From contig CAXULY010000002.1 of the NCBI GenBank assembly GCA_964252075.1, positions 1 to 64,000 of the forward strand: DNA of 64,000 nt, given 5' to 3'. Numbering within the stretch: position 1 is the stretch's first letter; each line of letters begins with the position of its first letter. The notes beneath the pieces were generated by a model. It worked only from the letters and a program-made list of their open reading frames with translations. It was not told where the DNA came from and made no database searches. The DNA is from an uncultured Deinococcaceae bacterium. Lineage in GTDB: Bacteria; Deinococcota; Deinococci; Deinococcales; Deinococcaceae. The position numbers and the translations under genes are program-made. This document shows positions 50,316 through 60,791 of the stretch, one piece after another.

Positions 50316-50882
50316 TCAGGCAGGCGGCCCGCCGTCATCGCGCGCGGGCTGACCCGCGGGGAACTGCGCGATGGCGAAGGTCACGACGTCCCAGGCGTTG
50401 CGGATGCCCATGAGCAGCAGCACCACCACGCTGACGCCCGTCAGGTCCAGCGCGGCGCGCGCCGCGCCCGCAAGGCCCAGGCTCCCGGACACCACCAGCA
50501 GGGCGCCCGCCACGACCGGCGCGCCCGCGTACCACAACCAGTCGGAGAGGTCGAAGACGCGCGTGTTGCCGCCCGTAATCAGCTGGCGCAGCACCACCGC
50601 GATGTACCCCAGGCCCAGCACGCCCGCGGTGAGCAGCAGCGCGCCAAACCACGCGCGGGTCAGGCTCGGCATGAGCAGCAAGCCGCCCAGCACCAGACTC
50701 AGTACGAACGCCAGGAGCGCCGGGTCAATCAGGGCGCGCAGAACCGGAATGCGGCCCCGCGCGCCCAGGCGCTCACCCACCGAGATCGCCACGAACATCA
50801 GGCCGGCCAGCGCGGCGCCCGCCGTGCCGACCAGCAGGTAGAACGTCTCCCATTCGTGCAGCAGCGCGTGAAAGTCCTGCAT
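50316..50882 (-). CDS. hypothetical membrane protein
   Basis: GGAGG RBS; WETFYLLVGTAGAALAGLMFVAIS...IRNAWD; about 5 TM segments. Confidence 0.8.
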   Translation of the reverse strand: MQDFHALLHEWETFYLLVGTAGAALAGLMFVAISVGERLGARGRIPVLRALIDPALLAFVLSLVLGGLLLMPSLTRAWFGALLLTAGVLGLGYIAVVLRQLITGGNTRVFDLSDWLWYAGAPVVAGALLVVSGSLGLAGAARAALDLTGVSVVVLLLMGIRNAWDVVTFAIAQFPAGQPARDDGGPPA

Positions 50883-51084
50883 GGCGCCTCCCAGACGGAC
50901 CTGTGGCGGCCGCGTCTCCCGCCATTGTGCCGTGCGCCGCGGGGAAGTCAATGGGCGCGCGCGGCGCACGGGCGGGCCGTGGACTGTGGCACACACCGAC
51001 ATTCCGGTGTGGCAGGGCTCTTCCATGAACGGCTCCAGGGCTTTCCAGAGCCGCCCGCCGTAGGAGCGCGGGTACCATGCCGCC

Positions 51085-51720
51085 ATGCGATGGACCAGAA
51101 GCCACAGCGCGCTCGCCCTGCTGCTCACCTTCCTGCCGGTGCCCGCGCTCGCCGCGCCCACCGTGATCTGCCAGCCGGAACCGAAGGAATCCGCCGCGCG
51201 GGAGCGGCAGTGGAACCAGGCCATCGCGCGCCTCCCGGACCTCGCGCGGCGCCTGCCCGCCGCGCCGGACGCGAGCCTGCGCATGCCGGTGGAGGGCCTG
51301 CGCATCTCACAGATCGCGGACACCTGGAACGCCCCCCGCCCGGGCGGCCTCGTGCACGCCGGGCAGGACCTCTTCGCGCGCGAGGGCACCGTGGTGCGGT
51401 CCGCGACAAACGGCATCGTGTGGCGCATCGGGGACAGCGAGCGGGGCGGCACGTGGGTGTACGTGCTGGGCGCGGGCGGCAGGCGGTACTACTACGCGCA
51501 CCTCAGCGCGGTGTCCAAGGCCCTGCGCGAGGGCCAGCGCGTCACCGTCAGCACGGTGCTCGGGACGGTGGGCGACACGGGCGAGGCGGAATCCACGCCC
51601 CCGCACCTGCACTTTGCGGTTTTCGATCGGTACGACCCGGACGGCCCCTGCCGCTTTCCCGCCCTGAATCCCCTGCCGCTGCTGCGCGACCGCAGCGCCG
51701 CATCCACCCCGGGGCGTTAA
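51085..51720 (+). CDS. M23 family metallopeptidase
   Basis: Signal peptide, HAGQD, YYYAHL, GTVGDTG, PHLHF. Confidence 0.9.
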   Translation: MRWTRSHSALALLLTFLPVPALAAPTVICQPEPKESAARERQWNQAIARLPDLARRLPAAPDASLRMPVEGLRISQIADTWNAPRPGGLVHAGQDLFAREGTVVRSATNGIVWRIGDSERGGTWVYVLGAGGRRYYYAHLSAVSKALREGQRVTVSTVLGTVGDTGEAESTPPHLHFAVFDRYDPDGPCRFPALNPLPLLRDRSAASTPGR

Positions 51721-51741
51721 GGCGGAACGCGCGGGGCCGCC

Positions 51742-52146
51742 TCAGGCGTGATCGGAACGGCGTGGGATAGCACGCGAGCCACCCAGTGGGCCGAAGCGGC
51801 CGCGGGGGTGCTTCGTGACGACAGGGCGCTCCAGAATCATCCGGATGAGCGCCTGCTCCTCCGCAGTGACGTTCAGGACGGCGCAGACGGCCGCGAAGTA
51901 CTGGCTGGAGGCGAGGTTGTGCCGTCCAGTGAAGAGCCGCGAGGCGTAGCTCGTGTTGGGAAGGCCCACCCGCTCGGCGAAGGAGCGGTACGTCAGGCGT
52001 GCGTTCATGAGGCGGTCCAGCAGCAGCGCCCTCACGTCCGCTGGGGTGCTGCTGGCGTGCAGGTGAATGGGCTGAGGGAGTCGTGGGGCGTGCATTGCCG
52101 TCACTTTAGAAGCCGCAGCGGCCACTGTCTCTAATAAAGTATTCAT
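51742..52146 (-). CDS. XRE/Cro-like helix-turn-helix protein
   Basis: LTYRSFAERVGLPNTSYASRLFTG...VCAVLNV; start uncertain. Confidence 0.6.
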   Translation of the reverse strand: MNTLLETVAAAASKVTAMHAPRLPQPIHLHASSTPADVRALLLDRLMNARLTYRSFAERVGLPNTSYASRLFTGRHNLASSQYFAAVCAVLNVTAEEQALIRMILERPVVTKHPRGRFGPLGGSRAIPRRSDHA

Positions 52147-52255
52147 GTAAGGAGGGGGGTGGGGGACCGGCGTTGGGGCAAAACAGCCCCTCCGCCGCTC
52201 CAAGGTGTCGCACCTCGGCGCAGGCCCAACACCAGCACGCCCCGGCTTCCGTGCC

Positions 52256-52888
52256 TCAACGCCCTGAGCTGGGCGGCTGAGGGCCCAAGCCCTGCAGCTC
52301 CGCGTGGAGCGCCGTGCGCCGCTCGTCGCCCGCAGGCAGGTCCGCCAGCAACGCTTCCAGCGCGACGCGCGCCCCCTCATGATCCCCGAGCTGCCCCTGC
52401 GTCACCGCGCGCCGCCAGCGCAGCCGCAGGCGCTCCTCGGGCGCTCCCCCAACATCCAGGAGGCGCAGAACGTGATCGAGCGCCCGCAGGTGCTCCTCCC
52501 GAAAATCTGTGAGGTCATCCGGTGGCATGGACGTGATGTGCGCGAACTCACTGCCCGGGTCCGCATGCGCACGCTCCGCGCCCTCCATCAGCTCCAGCAG
52601 CTCCATCCACACGGCGAGCCGGCGGGGCTGCCGGTCCGCGCGGCGCCGCACCGACTCGAACACCAGGCGCAGCGCGGACTGGCGCTGCGAGAGGGGCAGG
52701 TCCGGGCGCTCACGCACGACGCGCCAGCCCAGCGCCGTGATGGCTTCCAGCGTCCGCAGGTGCCCAGGGTGCCCGGAGAGGAACGCCTGGTGCGCCTCCA
52801 GCGCCTGCGGGATGAGTGCGGGCGGGCAGTGCGACGGATCGGGCAGTCCGAGCGACTGGGCGTCCGGGGTTTCGCGGCGCGACCTCAC
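52256..52888 (-). CDS. hypothetical all-helical (TPR-like) protein
   Basis: TATGCT-6 nt-GTG; C-terminal RRAVTQGQLGDHEGARVALEALL is TPR-like. Confidence 0.55.
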   Translation of the reverse strand: MRSRRETPDAQSLGLPDPSHCPPALIPQALEAHQAFLSGHPGHLRTLEAITALGWRVVRERPDLPLSQRQSALRLVFESVRRRADRQPRRLAVWMELLELMEGAERAHADPGSEFAHITSMPPDDLTDFREEHLRALDHVLRLLDVGGAPEERLRLRWRRAVTQGQLGDHEGARVALEALLADLPAGDERRTALHAELQGLGPQPPSSGR

Positions 52889-53074
52889 CGGCCCAGCATA
52901 CGGGCATCGCATGAAGCTGGTCCGTGCATACCTGACACCGCCGGGAACGCCCGTCGCCCCGTCCGTCCCCGCATGACGTGGTGTTGAATGCCCTGGAGCG
53001 GTGATCACGACCGAAGACCGGGCGCGACTTGCGGGCGGCGCATCCACCCGGTTCAGCCGCGCCGTGAAAGAGCA

Positions 53075-53355
53075 GTGCGGGCGGCACGGAGTATCCCAGG
53101 ATGAACCCTTGCAGCTCAACGCAGCCACACCGGTTGGGGACCTCTGCCAATCACAGGTCTCCATATCCACGGCCACCCACAGGTTCGGCGTGTGCGACAG
53201 CGGCACGATGGCCCGCACCAGCGCCGCGGAGCGCGTCCGTCGAAGCGTCCAGGTCGAAGTCCAGCAGGAAGGACCAGTCCACCTTCAGCGCATCAGTTGG
53301 GTAGCGCTTGAGGTACGCGAGGGTTGAGTGCCCAGTGCCGAAACCATCCAGCGTC
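53075..53355 (-). pseudogene. EAL (c-di-GMP phosphodiesterase) domain remnant
   Basis: Pieces in three frames: LDGFGTGHSTLAYLKRYPTDALKVDWSF, RAIVPLSHTPNLWV, GCVELQGFILG. Confidence 0.8.
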
Positions 53356-53491
53356 CTGAAGCGCCCATGCATCTTGCCCGGCCCGCCGCACTTGCGACGG
53401 GCCTCGCTCACGTCACGCGGGGCGGCACCGCGTCCGGTCGTGGCCGCGCTGAACGCCACCCCATCTGGCGTTCAGCGTGCGGCCTCGTCGG

Positions 53492-53938
53492 TCAGGACGT
53501 CGCCTGGATGCACACGGCGGGGTCCGCCTCGTCCTGCTTCACGATGATGACGTTCATGTTGCGCCAGTACCGGCCCGAGGCACCCCAGCTCTTGGTCATG
53601 AACAGGTTCTTGTCCTTGGTGGTGCGGGACGACCACGCCTTCGTGTTGGTCCGCGTGCCGAACGTGAGCTGCACGGCGGAGTCGAGCTTCAGGCTGAGCG
53701 CCTTGGGGTCCCCTCCGGCGACCACGAAGCCACCCCGGTAGTACTGTCGGGTCTTGCCGAGCTTCTGCTGCGCGAACCACACCTCGCAGGCCGCCGGGAC
53801 TTCAGGCGCGCTGTAGTCGTAAGGCACCTCGATGGCTTTCGCGAGGGACGCGGGGTTCGTCCGCGTGGCTGGCGCGAGGGAGTTGGGTGCGCAGCTGACG
53901 ATCAGCATGGGGGCCACCAGGAGCGGCATGACCTTCAT
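53492..53938 (-). CDS. hypothetical lipoprotein
   Basis: MKVMPLLVAPMLIVSC lipobox-like; two further Cys. Confidence 0.65.
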   Translation of the reverse strand: MKVMPLLVAPMLIVSCAPNSLAPATRTNPASLAKAIEVPYDYSAPEVPAACEVWFAQQKLGKTRQYYRGGFVVAGGDPKALSLKLDSAVQLTFGTRTNTKAWSSRTTKDKNLFMTKSWGASGRYWRNMNVIIVKQDEADPAVCIQATS

Positions 53939-54495
53939 GATTTGTCCGGGCATGGCCCATGTTCGCCGATCAGGCGTAAACACTTCGCAAAACCAAGATG
54001 AGGTTGGGACTCAAGTTGAGCAAAGGGGGGTTCATCGCGCTCGAAATGGCGGGACTGCGGTGGTCTGACTTCGCTCCGCTCTTCCAGTTTGCCCACATTT
54101 GGTGAATGTAACTCCACGGTTTGAGGAGATGGCCAGGTCGGCGCAGCGTCCATGCGGTACCAAGCCATAGGGAGGCTGACGGCGGTGCTCAGCGCATTGA
54201 AAGGCACCCTGGCAGAACCCTTCAGGCGTGTGAAGCGCAGCAGCCTACTCCCCTGCAGATTGAACAGCGAATTGTCGGGGCCTCGAGCTGCACACACTGG
54301 GCGGAACGAGCACCCCAACGCGTGGAGCCAGCTCCGCCCCAGGGACAGTGTTGCCGCTCATGCTTAAGGCCTGGCGGCGCACACGTGCGGCGCGCCAAGA
54401 CCCAACCGCCCTTCACGTGTTTCTGATCGGGGTGCGGGCGTCTGGTGTCAGCATCGGGGCACCAGCACGCCCAAGTTCGAGAAGGGAGCCCCGTC

Positions 54496-54678
54496 ATGAC
54501 GGATCACGAGAAGTTCACGCAGGAGTCCCCCGACACCGCCCGCTCTCACCCCGTCGAGGACAACAAGGCGCAGACCAGTCAGGAGCCGTCCGCGGGCACA
54601 GAGCGGCACGAGAGCAACGACAAGGCCTCTGGCACGCACGGGCGGCCCTCCGACGATTCCGACCCAGGCCACAGCTGA
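54496..54678 (+). CDS. small hydrophilic disordered protein (60 aa)
   Basis: GGGAG RBS; D/E/S/H-rich. Confidence 0.65.
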   Translation: MTDHEKFTQESPDTARSHPVEDNKAQTSQEPSAGTERHESNDKASGTHGRPSDDSDPGHS

Positions 54679-54695
54679 ACCGCGCAAGGAGATGC

Positions 54696-54911
54696 ATGAC
54701 GGATCGCGACACGGACCAGACACCCAGGGAGTACAACACCGCGCTGGACGGACCGAACGGCTCGGACCCCGTGCCGATGGGCAGCAACATCGCGCGGGAT
54801 GACAGCGCCGACGCTGCAGACGCCGGCGAGGACACGGGCGCGACCGGGACGGCAGACCGGGATGACCTGCCCGCCGACGATGAATACATGCCGGATGACG
54901 GCTTGAGCTGA
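54696..54911 (+). CDS. small acidic disordered protein (71 aa)
   Basis: AAGGAG RBS; very Asp-rich; followed by a hairpin at about 54929-54960. Confidence 0.7.
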   Translation: MTDRDTDQTPREYNTALDGPNGSDPVPMGSNIARDDSADAADAGEDTGATGTADRDDLPADDEYMPDDGLS

Positions 54912-55042
54912 AGGAACGCTGGACGCCGCGCCACCCCAGGCAACGAGGCTGGGGTGGCGCTGTCTTGGGCGCATCCACGCACGGCAGCATCGGCATGGTG
55001 GCGCATTCGCCGCGCGCCCCGCGTGCGCTACGCTGCGACGCG

Positions 55043-56794
55043 ATGACCTCGATGGCCATGAGGCCGCTGCTGCGGCGCTTCTTCACATATTACACCCCGC
55101 ACCGCACGCTGTTCGCGCTGGACTTCGGGTGCGCGGTGCTGTCGGGCGTGCTGGAACTGGGGTTTCCGCTCGCGGTGCAGGCCTTCGTGGACCGCCTGCT
55201 GCCCACCGGACAGTGGGGCGCCATCACGGTCGCGGCGGCGGGCCTCCTCGGCATTTACGTGCTGAACACGGGCCTCATGGCGGTCGTGACGTACTGGGGT
55301 CACATGCTGGGCATCAACATCGAGACGGAGATGCGCCGCCGCGCCTTCGATCACCTGCAGAAGCTGTCCTTCAGTTACTTCGACAACGTGAAGACCGGTC
55401 AGCTGGTGGGGCGCCTCACGAAGGACCTGGAGGAGATCGGGGAGGTCGCGCACCACGGCCCAGAAGACCTCGTGATCGCGGTGATGACGCTGCTGGGCGC
55501 CTTCATCCTGATGTTCAGCGTGCACGCGCCGCTCGCGCTCATCACGGCGGTGATCGTGCCGGTCGTGCTGTGGCTGACGGGCCGCTACGGGAACCGCATG
55601 ACGCAGAACTGGCGGGCGCTGTACGACTCCGTCGGGAACTTCAACGTGCGCATCGAGGAGAACGTGGGCGGCATGCGGGTCGTGCAGGCCTTCGCGAACG
55701 AGGACCACGAGCGCACGCTGTTCGCGCGGGACAACCACCAGTACCGCGCGCGCAAGCTGGAGGCGTACCGCATCATCGCGGCGACCACGTCGCTGAGTTA
55801 CCTCAGCATGCGCCTCACGCAGATGACCGTAATGATCGCGGGCGCGTACTTCGTGCTGCACGGGGGCCTCACGGCGGGCGGCTTCGTGGGATTCCTGCTG
55901 CTCGTGAACGTGTTCTTCCGGCCCATCGAGAAGATCAACTCGGTGATCGAGACGTACCCGAAGGGCATCGCGGGCTTCCGGCGGTACACGGAGTTGCTGG
56001 ACACCGTGCCGGACATCCAGGACCGTCCGGGCGCGCGGGTGGCGCCGCCGCTGCACGGCGAGATCCGGTACGAGGCCGTGACCTTCGGGTACGGGCGCGC
56101 GTCCCGCGTGCTGAGCGGCATCGACCTGACCGTGCACGCGGGCGAGACGGTGGCGTTCGTGGGGCCGTCGGGGGCGGGCAAGACGACCTTGTGTTCGCTG
56201 CTGCCGCGCTTCTACGAGGTGACGGGCGGGCGCATTACGGTGGACGGTCAGGACGTGCGGGACCTCACGCTGGCGTCCCTGCGCGGGCAGATCGGGGTGG
56301 TGCAGCAGGACGTGTTCCTGTTCGGCGGGACCATGCGGGAGAACATCGAGTACGGGCGCCTGGGGGCGAGTGAGGCGGACATCGTGGAGGCCGCGCGGCG
56401 CGCGCACCTGGATGACGTGATTGCGGCGCTCCCGCAGGGCATGGACACGGTGATCGGGGAGCGCGGCGTGAAGCTGTCGGGCGGGCAGAAGCAGCGCCTC
56501 GCGATCGCGCGCATGTTCCTCAAGAACCCGCCCATCCTGATTCTGGATGAGGCGACGTCCGCGCTGGACACCGCGACGGAGCGCGCCATCCAGGCGTCCC
56601 TGAATGAACTCGCTCAGGGTCGGACGACGCTGGTGATTGCGCACCGCCTCGCGACGATTCAGGGCGCGGACCGCATCGTGGTGGTGGATGAGCGCGGCAT
56701 CGCGGAGCAGGGCACGCATGCGGCCCTGTTGCGGCTGGGGGGACGGTACCGGGCGCTGCATGACGCGCAGGTGCGGGCCCAAGACGTGCATTGA
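55043..56794 (+). CDS. ABC transporter, fused permease/ATPase (YwjA-like)
   Basis: HHGPED, GPSGAGKT, LSGGQKQR, DEATSALD; start could also be 55052 or 55058. Confidence 0.92.
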   Translation: MTSMAMRPLLRRFFTYYTPHRTLFALDFGCAVLSGVLELGFPLAVQAFVDRLLPTGQWGAITVAAAGLLGIYVLNTGLMAVVTYWGHMLGINIETEMRRRAFDHLQKLSFSYFDNVKTGQLVGRLTKDLEEIGEVAHHGPEDLVIAVMTLLGAFILMFSVHAPLALITAVIVPVVLWLTGRYGNRMTQNWRALYDSVGNFNVRIEENVGGMRVVQAFANEDHERTLFARDNHQYRARKLEAYRIIAATTSLSYLSMRLTQMTVMIAGAYFVLHGGLTAGGFVGFLLLVNVFFRPIEKINSVIETYPKGIAGFRRYTELLDTVPDIQDRPGARVAPPLHGEIRYEAVTFGYGRASRVLSGIDLTVHAGETVAFVGPSGAGKTTLCSLLPRFYEVTGGRITVDGQDVRDLTLASLRGQIGVVQQDVFLFGGTMRENIEYGRLGASEADIVEAARRAHLDDVIAALPQGMDTVIGERGVKLSGGQKQRLAIARMFLKNPPILILDEATSALDTATERAIQASLNELAQGRTTLVIAHRLATIQGADRIVVVDERGIAEQGTHAALLRLGGRYRALHDAQVRAQDVH

Positions 56795-56829
56795 GGCCTG
56801 TGAAGGTGCGGGCTTGCACCTGGCGATGA

Positions 56830-56849
56830 GTGAGTGTATAGTCACTCAC
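56830..56849. promoter_or_regulatory. TetR operator overlapping the -10 box
   Basis: GTGAGTG-TATAGT-CACTCAC directly before ATG; related copy at 57454-57472. Confidence 0.75.
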
Positions 56850-57410
56850 ATGGCCGATGCCTCCCCTATCCTCTCGACCGCCGAAGCCCGCCGTGAAACG
56901 GTGCTGCAGAGCGCCATCCTGGTGTTCGCACGGTCCGGGTACCTCGGCACGCCCATCACCGCCGTCGCCGAGCACGCGCGCATCTCGCCCGCCTATGTGT
57001 TCAAGTTGTTTCCCAGCAAGGAGGAACTGTTCGTCGCGACCCTCGAACGCTGCTTCAATCTCATTCAGGCGGCCCTCGCGCGCGGCGCGGACGCCAGCCC
57101 CAACCCGTCCCCCGACGGGGTGCTGTACGCCCTGGGCGGCGCCTACGCCGCGCTCATCGCGGACCGTTCCCTGCTGATGCTGCAGGTGCACGCGCAGTCC
57201 GCCTCCGCGGTCCCGGAGATCGGCGCGGCCCTCAGGAAGGGCCTGGCCCTCATCACGACCTTCGCGAAGGCACGCTCCGGCGCGACGGATGAGGCCGTCC
57301 AGCGCTTTATTGCGTACGGGCAGCTGTGTCACCTCATCGTCACCACGTCCATCGAGCAGGACGACAGCGCCTGGGCGCGCCTGCTGACGTCCGGCATCCG
57401 ACACCCTTGA
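56850..57410 (+). CDS. TetR/AcrR family regulator
   Basis: RRETVLQSAILVFARSGY...AVAEHARISPAYVFKLFPSKEELF. Confidence 0.9.
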   Translation: MADASPILSTAEARRETVLQSAILVFARSGYLGTPITAVAEHARISPAYVFKLFPSKEELFVATLERCFNLIQAALARGADASPNPSPDGVLYALGGAYAALIADRSLLMLQVHAQSASAVPEIGAALRKGLALITTFAKARSGATDEAVQRFIAYGQLCHLIVTTSIEQDDSAWARLLTSGIRHP

Positions 57411-57453
57411 ACCCAGTCCCCGGCCCTCAAAGGGGCGCACACAGCCTTACTGA

Positions 57454-57472
57454 TGAGTGACTGAACACTCAC
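57454..57472. promoter_or_regulatory. second TetR operator
   Basis: TGAGTG-ACTGAA-CACTCAC upstream of the MDR oxidoreductase. Confidence 0.7.
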
Positions 57473-57496
57473 CAGACGGAACAAAGGAGCATCACC

Positions 57497-58525
57497 ATGA
57501 CCACCCTCACCACCGAAATCGTTCTCCCCGGCATCACCGAGCCCAGCGGCCTGCGCATCCGTCAACGAACCCTCCCCGCCCCCACCACGGGGCAGGCCCT
57601 CGTGCAGATGGACGCCAGCGGCGTCTCCTTCGCGGAGCAATCCATGCGGCGCGGACGCTACCCCGGGCAGCCCCGCTTTCCCTTCGTGCCCGGCTACGAC
57701 ATGGTGGGCACCGTGCGCGCCGTCGGGCCCGGCGTGCGCCCGGACCTCATCGGCACGCGCGTCGCTGCCGCCCTCAAGACGGGCGGATGGGCCACACACC
57801 TGCTCGTCCCCGCCCGGACGCTCGTGCCCGTGCCGCCCACCCTCGACCCCACCCTGGTGGAGGCCGTCATCGTGAACGGCATCACCGCCTGGCAGATGCT
57901 GCACCGCCACGCCCGCGTGCAGGCCGGGCAGACGGTCCTCGTGCACGGCGCGAACGGCGGCGTCGGCACCATCCTCGTGCAACTCGCGCGGCACGCCGGT
58001 GCCCGCGTGATCGGCACCGCCGCACCCCAGCACCACACGACCCTCCGGGCCCTGGGCGTGGAACCCGTGAATTCCCGCGACCCGAAGCTCAGCGAGCGCG
58101 TGCGCACCCTCGCGCCGGACGGCGTGCACGCCGCCTTCGACCACCTCGGGCTCACCAGCGCGCGCGCCTCACACCGCCTCCTCGCGCGCGGCGGTCGCCT
58201 CATCGCATACGGCACGGCCTCCAACCTCAAGGACCAGCGCTCCGTGCTGGGCGTGTTCGCTGGGATGCTCGCGCAGCTGGCCGTCTGGAACCTTCAGCCG
58301 GACGGGCGGCGCGCGAGCTTCTACGACTTCTGGGGTGACCGCTGGCTGCGCCCCGCGGCCTTTCAGCGGCGCTTGAGCGGCGACCTCACGCAGGTGCTGG
58401 AGCTGCTGGCGCGCGGCGTGATCGTTCCGCAGGTGGCTGCCCGCATGCCGCTGACCGAAGCGGGCGCGGCGCTGGCCCTCGCGGAGTCCCGCACGGTCCT
58501 CGGGAAGGTCGTGCTGATTCCCTAA
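57497..58525 (+). CDS. medium-chain dehydrogenase/reductase (NADPH:quinone reductase-like)
   Basis: PFVPGYDMVG, VLVHGANGGVG, GKVVL; AAGGAG RBS. Confidence 0.9.
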   Translation: MTTLTTEIVLPGITEPSGLRIRQRTLPAPTTGQALVQMDASGVSFAEQSMRRGRYPGQPRFPFVPGYDMVGTVRAVGPGVRPDLIGTRVAAALKTGGWATHLLVPARTLVPVPPTLDPTLVEAVIVNGITAWQMLHRHARVQAGQTVLVHGANGGVGTILVQLARHAGARVIGTAAPQHHTTLRALGVEPVNSRDPKLSERVRTLAPDGVHAAFDHLGLTSARASHRLLARGGRLIAYGTASNLKDQRSVLGVFAGMLAQLAVWNLQPDGRRASFYDFWGDRWLRPAAFQRRLSGDLTQVLELLARGVIVPQVAARMPLTEAGAALALAESRTVLGKVVLIP

Positions 58526-58825
58526 AGGCAGGGGCCATTCAGCGCATCACTTTATCCGGCCCACCGCACGCCTGCAGGAACGGAGCCTGATGCCTGAGCC
58601 AGTTGCGCGCCTGCCCGACTCCAACTGGACGTTCGCCGCCGCGCTCCAGGTGGATGGGCACGGTCTGGCCACAGCTCACGTGGGAGCGGGTGGCGGGCAG
58701 CTGACAGCCGGTTTTGACCGGTGCGCAGGTCCATCTCCTGAACGTGGCCGCGCGGTGCTTCGGGCGCTGCTCACCATCGATGCTGCCGCCCGACCTGCGT
58801 CTGCCCTGGCACGCTTCATGCGGAT

Positions 58826-59758
58826 TCAATGTCGTCTGGGGATCAGATGCATGACGCCCACGATGATCAGGCCGAGCAGCAGCCCCACGATGCCGGACCC
58901 CAGCGTCTCGACGAGCCACTCCACCACCGCGCCCGCGAACGCGATGGCGTGCCCCGCCGCTTCCGCCGCGACGTGAAGCGCGTGCGCGGGCCCCTCCACC
59001 CCGAACTTCGCGAGTCCATCCAGAATGATGTGGCCGCCCACCCACAGCATCGCCGCCGTCCCCACCACCGACAGGACGGACAGCACGATCGGCATGGCGC
59101 GCACGAGGCCCCGCCCGAAGGCGCGCGACGCGCCCGCCCCGCCCCGGGAGAGCCGCAGCCCGATGTCGTCCATCTTCACGATCAGCCCCACCACGCCGTA
59201 CACGAGGAGCGTGATGAGGACGGCGACCACCACGAGGATCACGGCGCGGGACAGCAGCGGCTGGTCCGACACCTCCGCGAGGGAGATCGCCATGATCTCC
59301 GCGGACAGAATGAAGTCCGTGCGGATCGCGCCCGACACCATCTGCTCCTCGCGCGCGGCGGGCGGCTGCGAGGCGTCCGCCGCGCCCGCCGCCTCGTGGT
59401 GCCCCGTGATCGCCTCGTACACCTTCTCGGCGCCCTCGTAACTCAGGTACGCGCCCCCCAGCATCAGGATGGGCGTGATGGCCCACGGCAGGTAAGCGCT
59501 CAGCAGCAGCGCGGCGGGCAGGATGAACACCAGCTTGTTGCGCAGCGACCCTTTCGTGATGCGCCAGATCATCGGGAGTTCCCGGTCGGGCGAGAAGCCC
59601 GTCACGTACCGGGGCGTGACGGCCGTGTCGTCCACCACCACGCCCACCGCCTTGAGGCTCGCGCGGCTCGCGGCGGCGCCGATGTCGTCAATGGAGGCCG
59701 CCGCGAGTTTCGCGATGGCCGCCACATCATCGAGGAGCGCCACGAGGCCGCCACTCAT
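58826..59758 (-). CDS. DUF808 (YedI-like) inner membrane protein
   Basis: LVALLDDVA, GVVVDDTAV, GAIRTDFILSAEI, IVKMDD, AMLWVGGHI. Confidence 0.92.
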   Translation of the reverse strand: MSGGLVALLDDVAAIAKLAAASIDDIGAAASRASLKAVGVVVDDTAVTPRYVTGFSPDRELPMIWRITKGSLRNKLVFILPAALLLSAYLPWAITPILMLGGAYLSYEGAEKVYEAITGHHEAAGAADASQPPAAREEQMVSGAIRTDFILSAEIMAISLAEVSDQPLLSRAVILVVVAVLITLLVYGVVGLIVKMDDIGLRLSRGGAGASRAFGRGLVRAMPIVLSVLSVVGTAAMLWVGGHIILDGLAKFGVEGPAHALHVAAEAAGHAIAFAGAVVEWLVETLGSGIVGLLLGLIIVGVMHLIPRRH

Positions 59759-59999
59759 GGCGCGCGCCCCCGCTGGACTTCGGGCGGTTCAGAACGGGCG
59801 TGGGAAGTGCGTCGCGCGGAGGTCATCAATGGACAGCGTACCAACGCGCGTGCGCACCCGTATCTGGCGCGCGTGAGCCACCGCCCGCTTCACCGGGCGG
59901 GTGGGCGCCGCCTGGATGCGCGCAGGGCGCATGCTGCGCGTTTCAGGCCGACCAGCCGGGGCGCCCTCCGCCCGATCACCCCGAAGCCTGCCCCATGGA

Positions 60000-60453
60000 T
60001 CAAGCCAGGGTGAGCGCCACCTGCTCCAGCAGGTCCAGGGCGTCCAGCATGCCGGACTGAAGGCGCGCGTCACGTGTGGCCCGGCTGCGGTGCTGCACGA
60101 GGATCCTGAGCGTCGTGCGCCCGCCGCGCTCCGTGAAGGCCAGGGTGTTCAGCGCTTCCTCGTCTGGCATCGCCTCGTACACCTCGGTGGAGACCAGCCG
60201 TGCGCCTGGCACGACCTCCCGGTACTCCCCGTGGAAGGCCATCTCGCCGTGTCCGTGCACCTGCGTGGCGTACCGCCACGCGCCGCCCGCGCGGAGGTCG
60301 ATGTCGACAGTGGTGACGTCACCACACCGCGCGCCCCACCAGCGCTTCACGAGGGCCGGTTCAGTCTAGGTGAGGGGCGCTGAATTCACGCATCATCAGG
60401 ATCTGCTCGGGGGTCGGGAGCGTCACGGTCGCGTGCGTCGTGTATGCCGTCAT
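60000..60453 (-). pseudogene. SRPBCC/AHSA1-domain gene with internal deletion and frameshift
   Basis: GAGGAGG + ATG 60453 gives MTAYTTHATVTLPTPEQILMMREFSAPHLD*; another frame continues EPALVKRWWG...DLRAGGAWRY...FHGEYREV. Confidence 0.8.
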
Positions 60454-60791
60454 GGGGAACCTCCTCGCGCTGGCAGGCCCCCGAGGGCACCCGAGCCTGC
60501 CCTCGGTTTCTTTCAAACCTTCACGCGCATACCCCGGAGTGCGAACCCGGGACGCGGTGGGTCAAGGCGGTCATATGCCGCCGGGCAGGCATGCCTCTGC
60601 GGAGCATCAAGGTGCGCCTGCGCGCCCCGAACTCCGCCGCGCTGATTAACGGGCGGGGCCCTCAAGAGCGCCTCTACTAAGGACCCCGTTGGGCACCGCA
60701 CTCCGCTAGGCTGGTCCGCGCTGTGTTTCATGGCCTCATTCGCTCGCGTGGATCGCCTTCTTGGCTGCCGTGCGTGTAGGGCGGCAGAGTC

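Noticed and set aside
58540..58820. Possible gene remnant between the MDR and DUF808 genes
   Set aside because: No recognisable motif in the frames examined.
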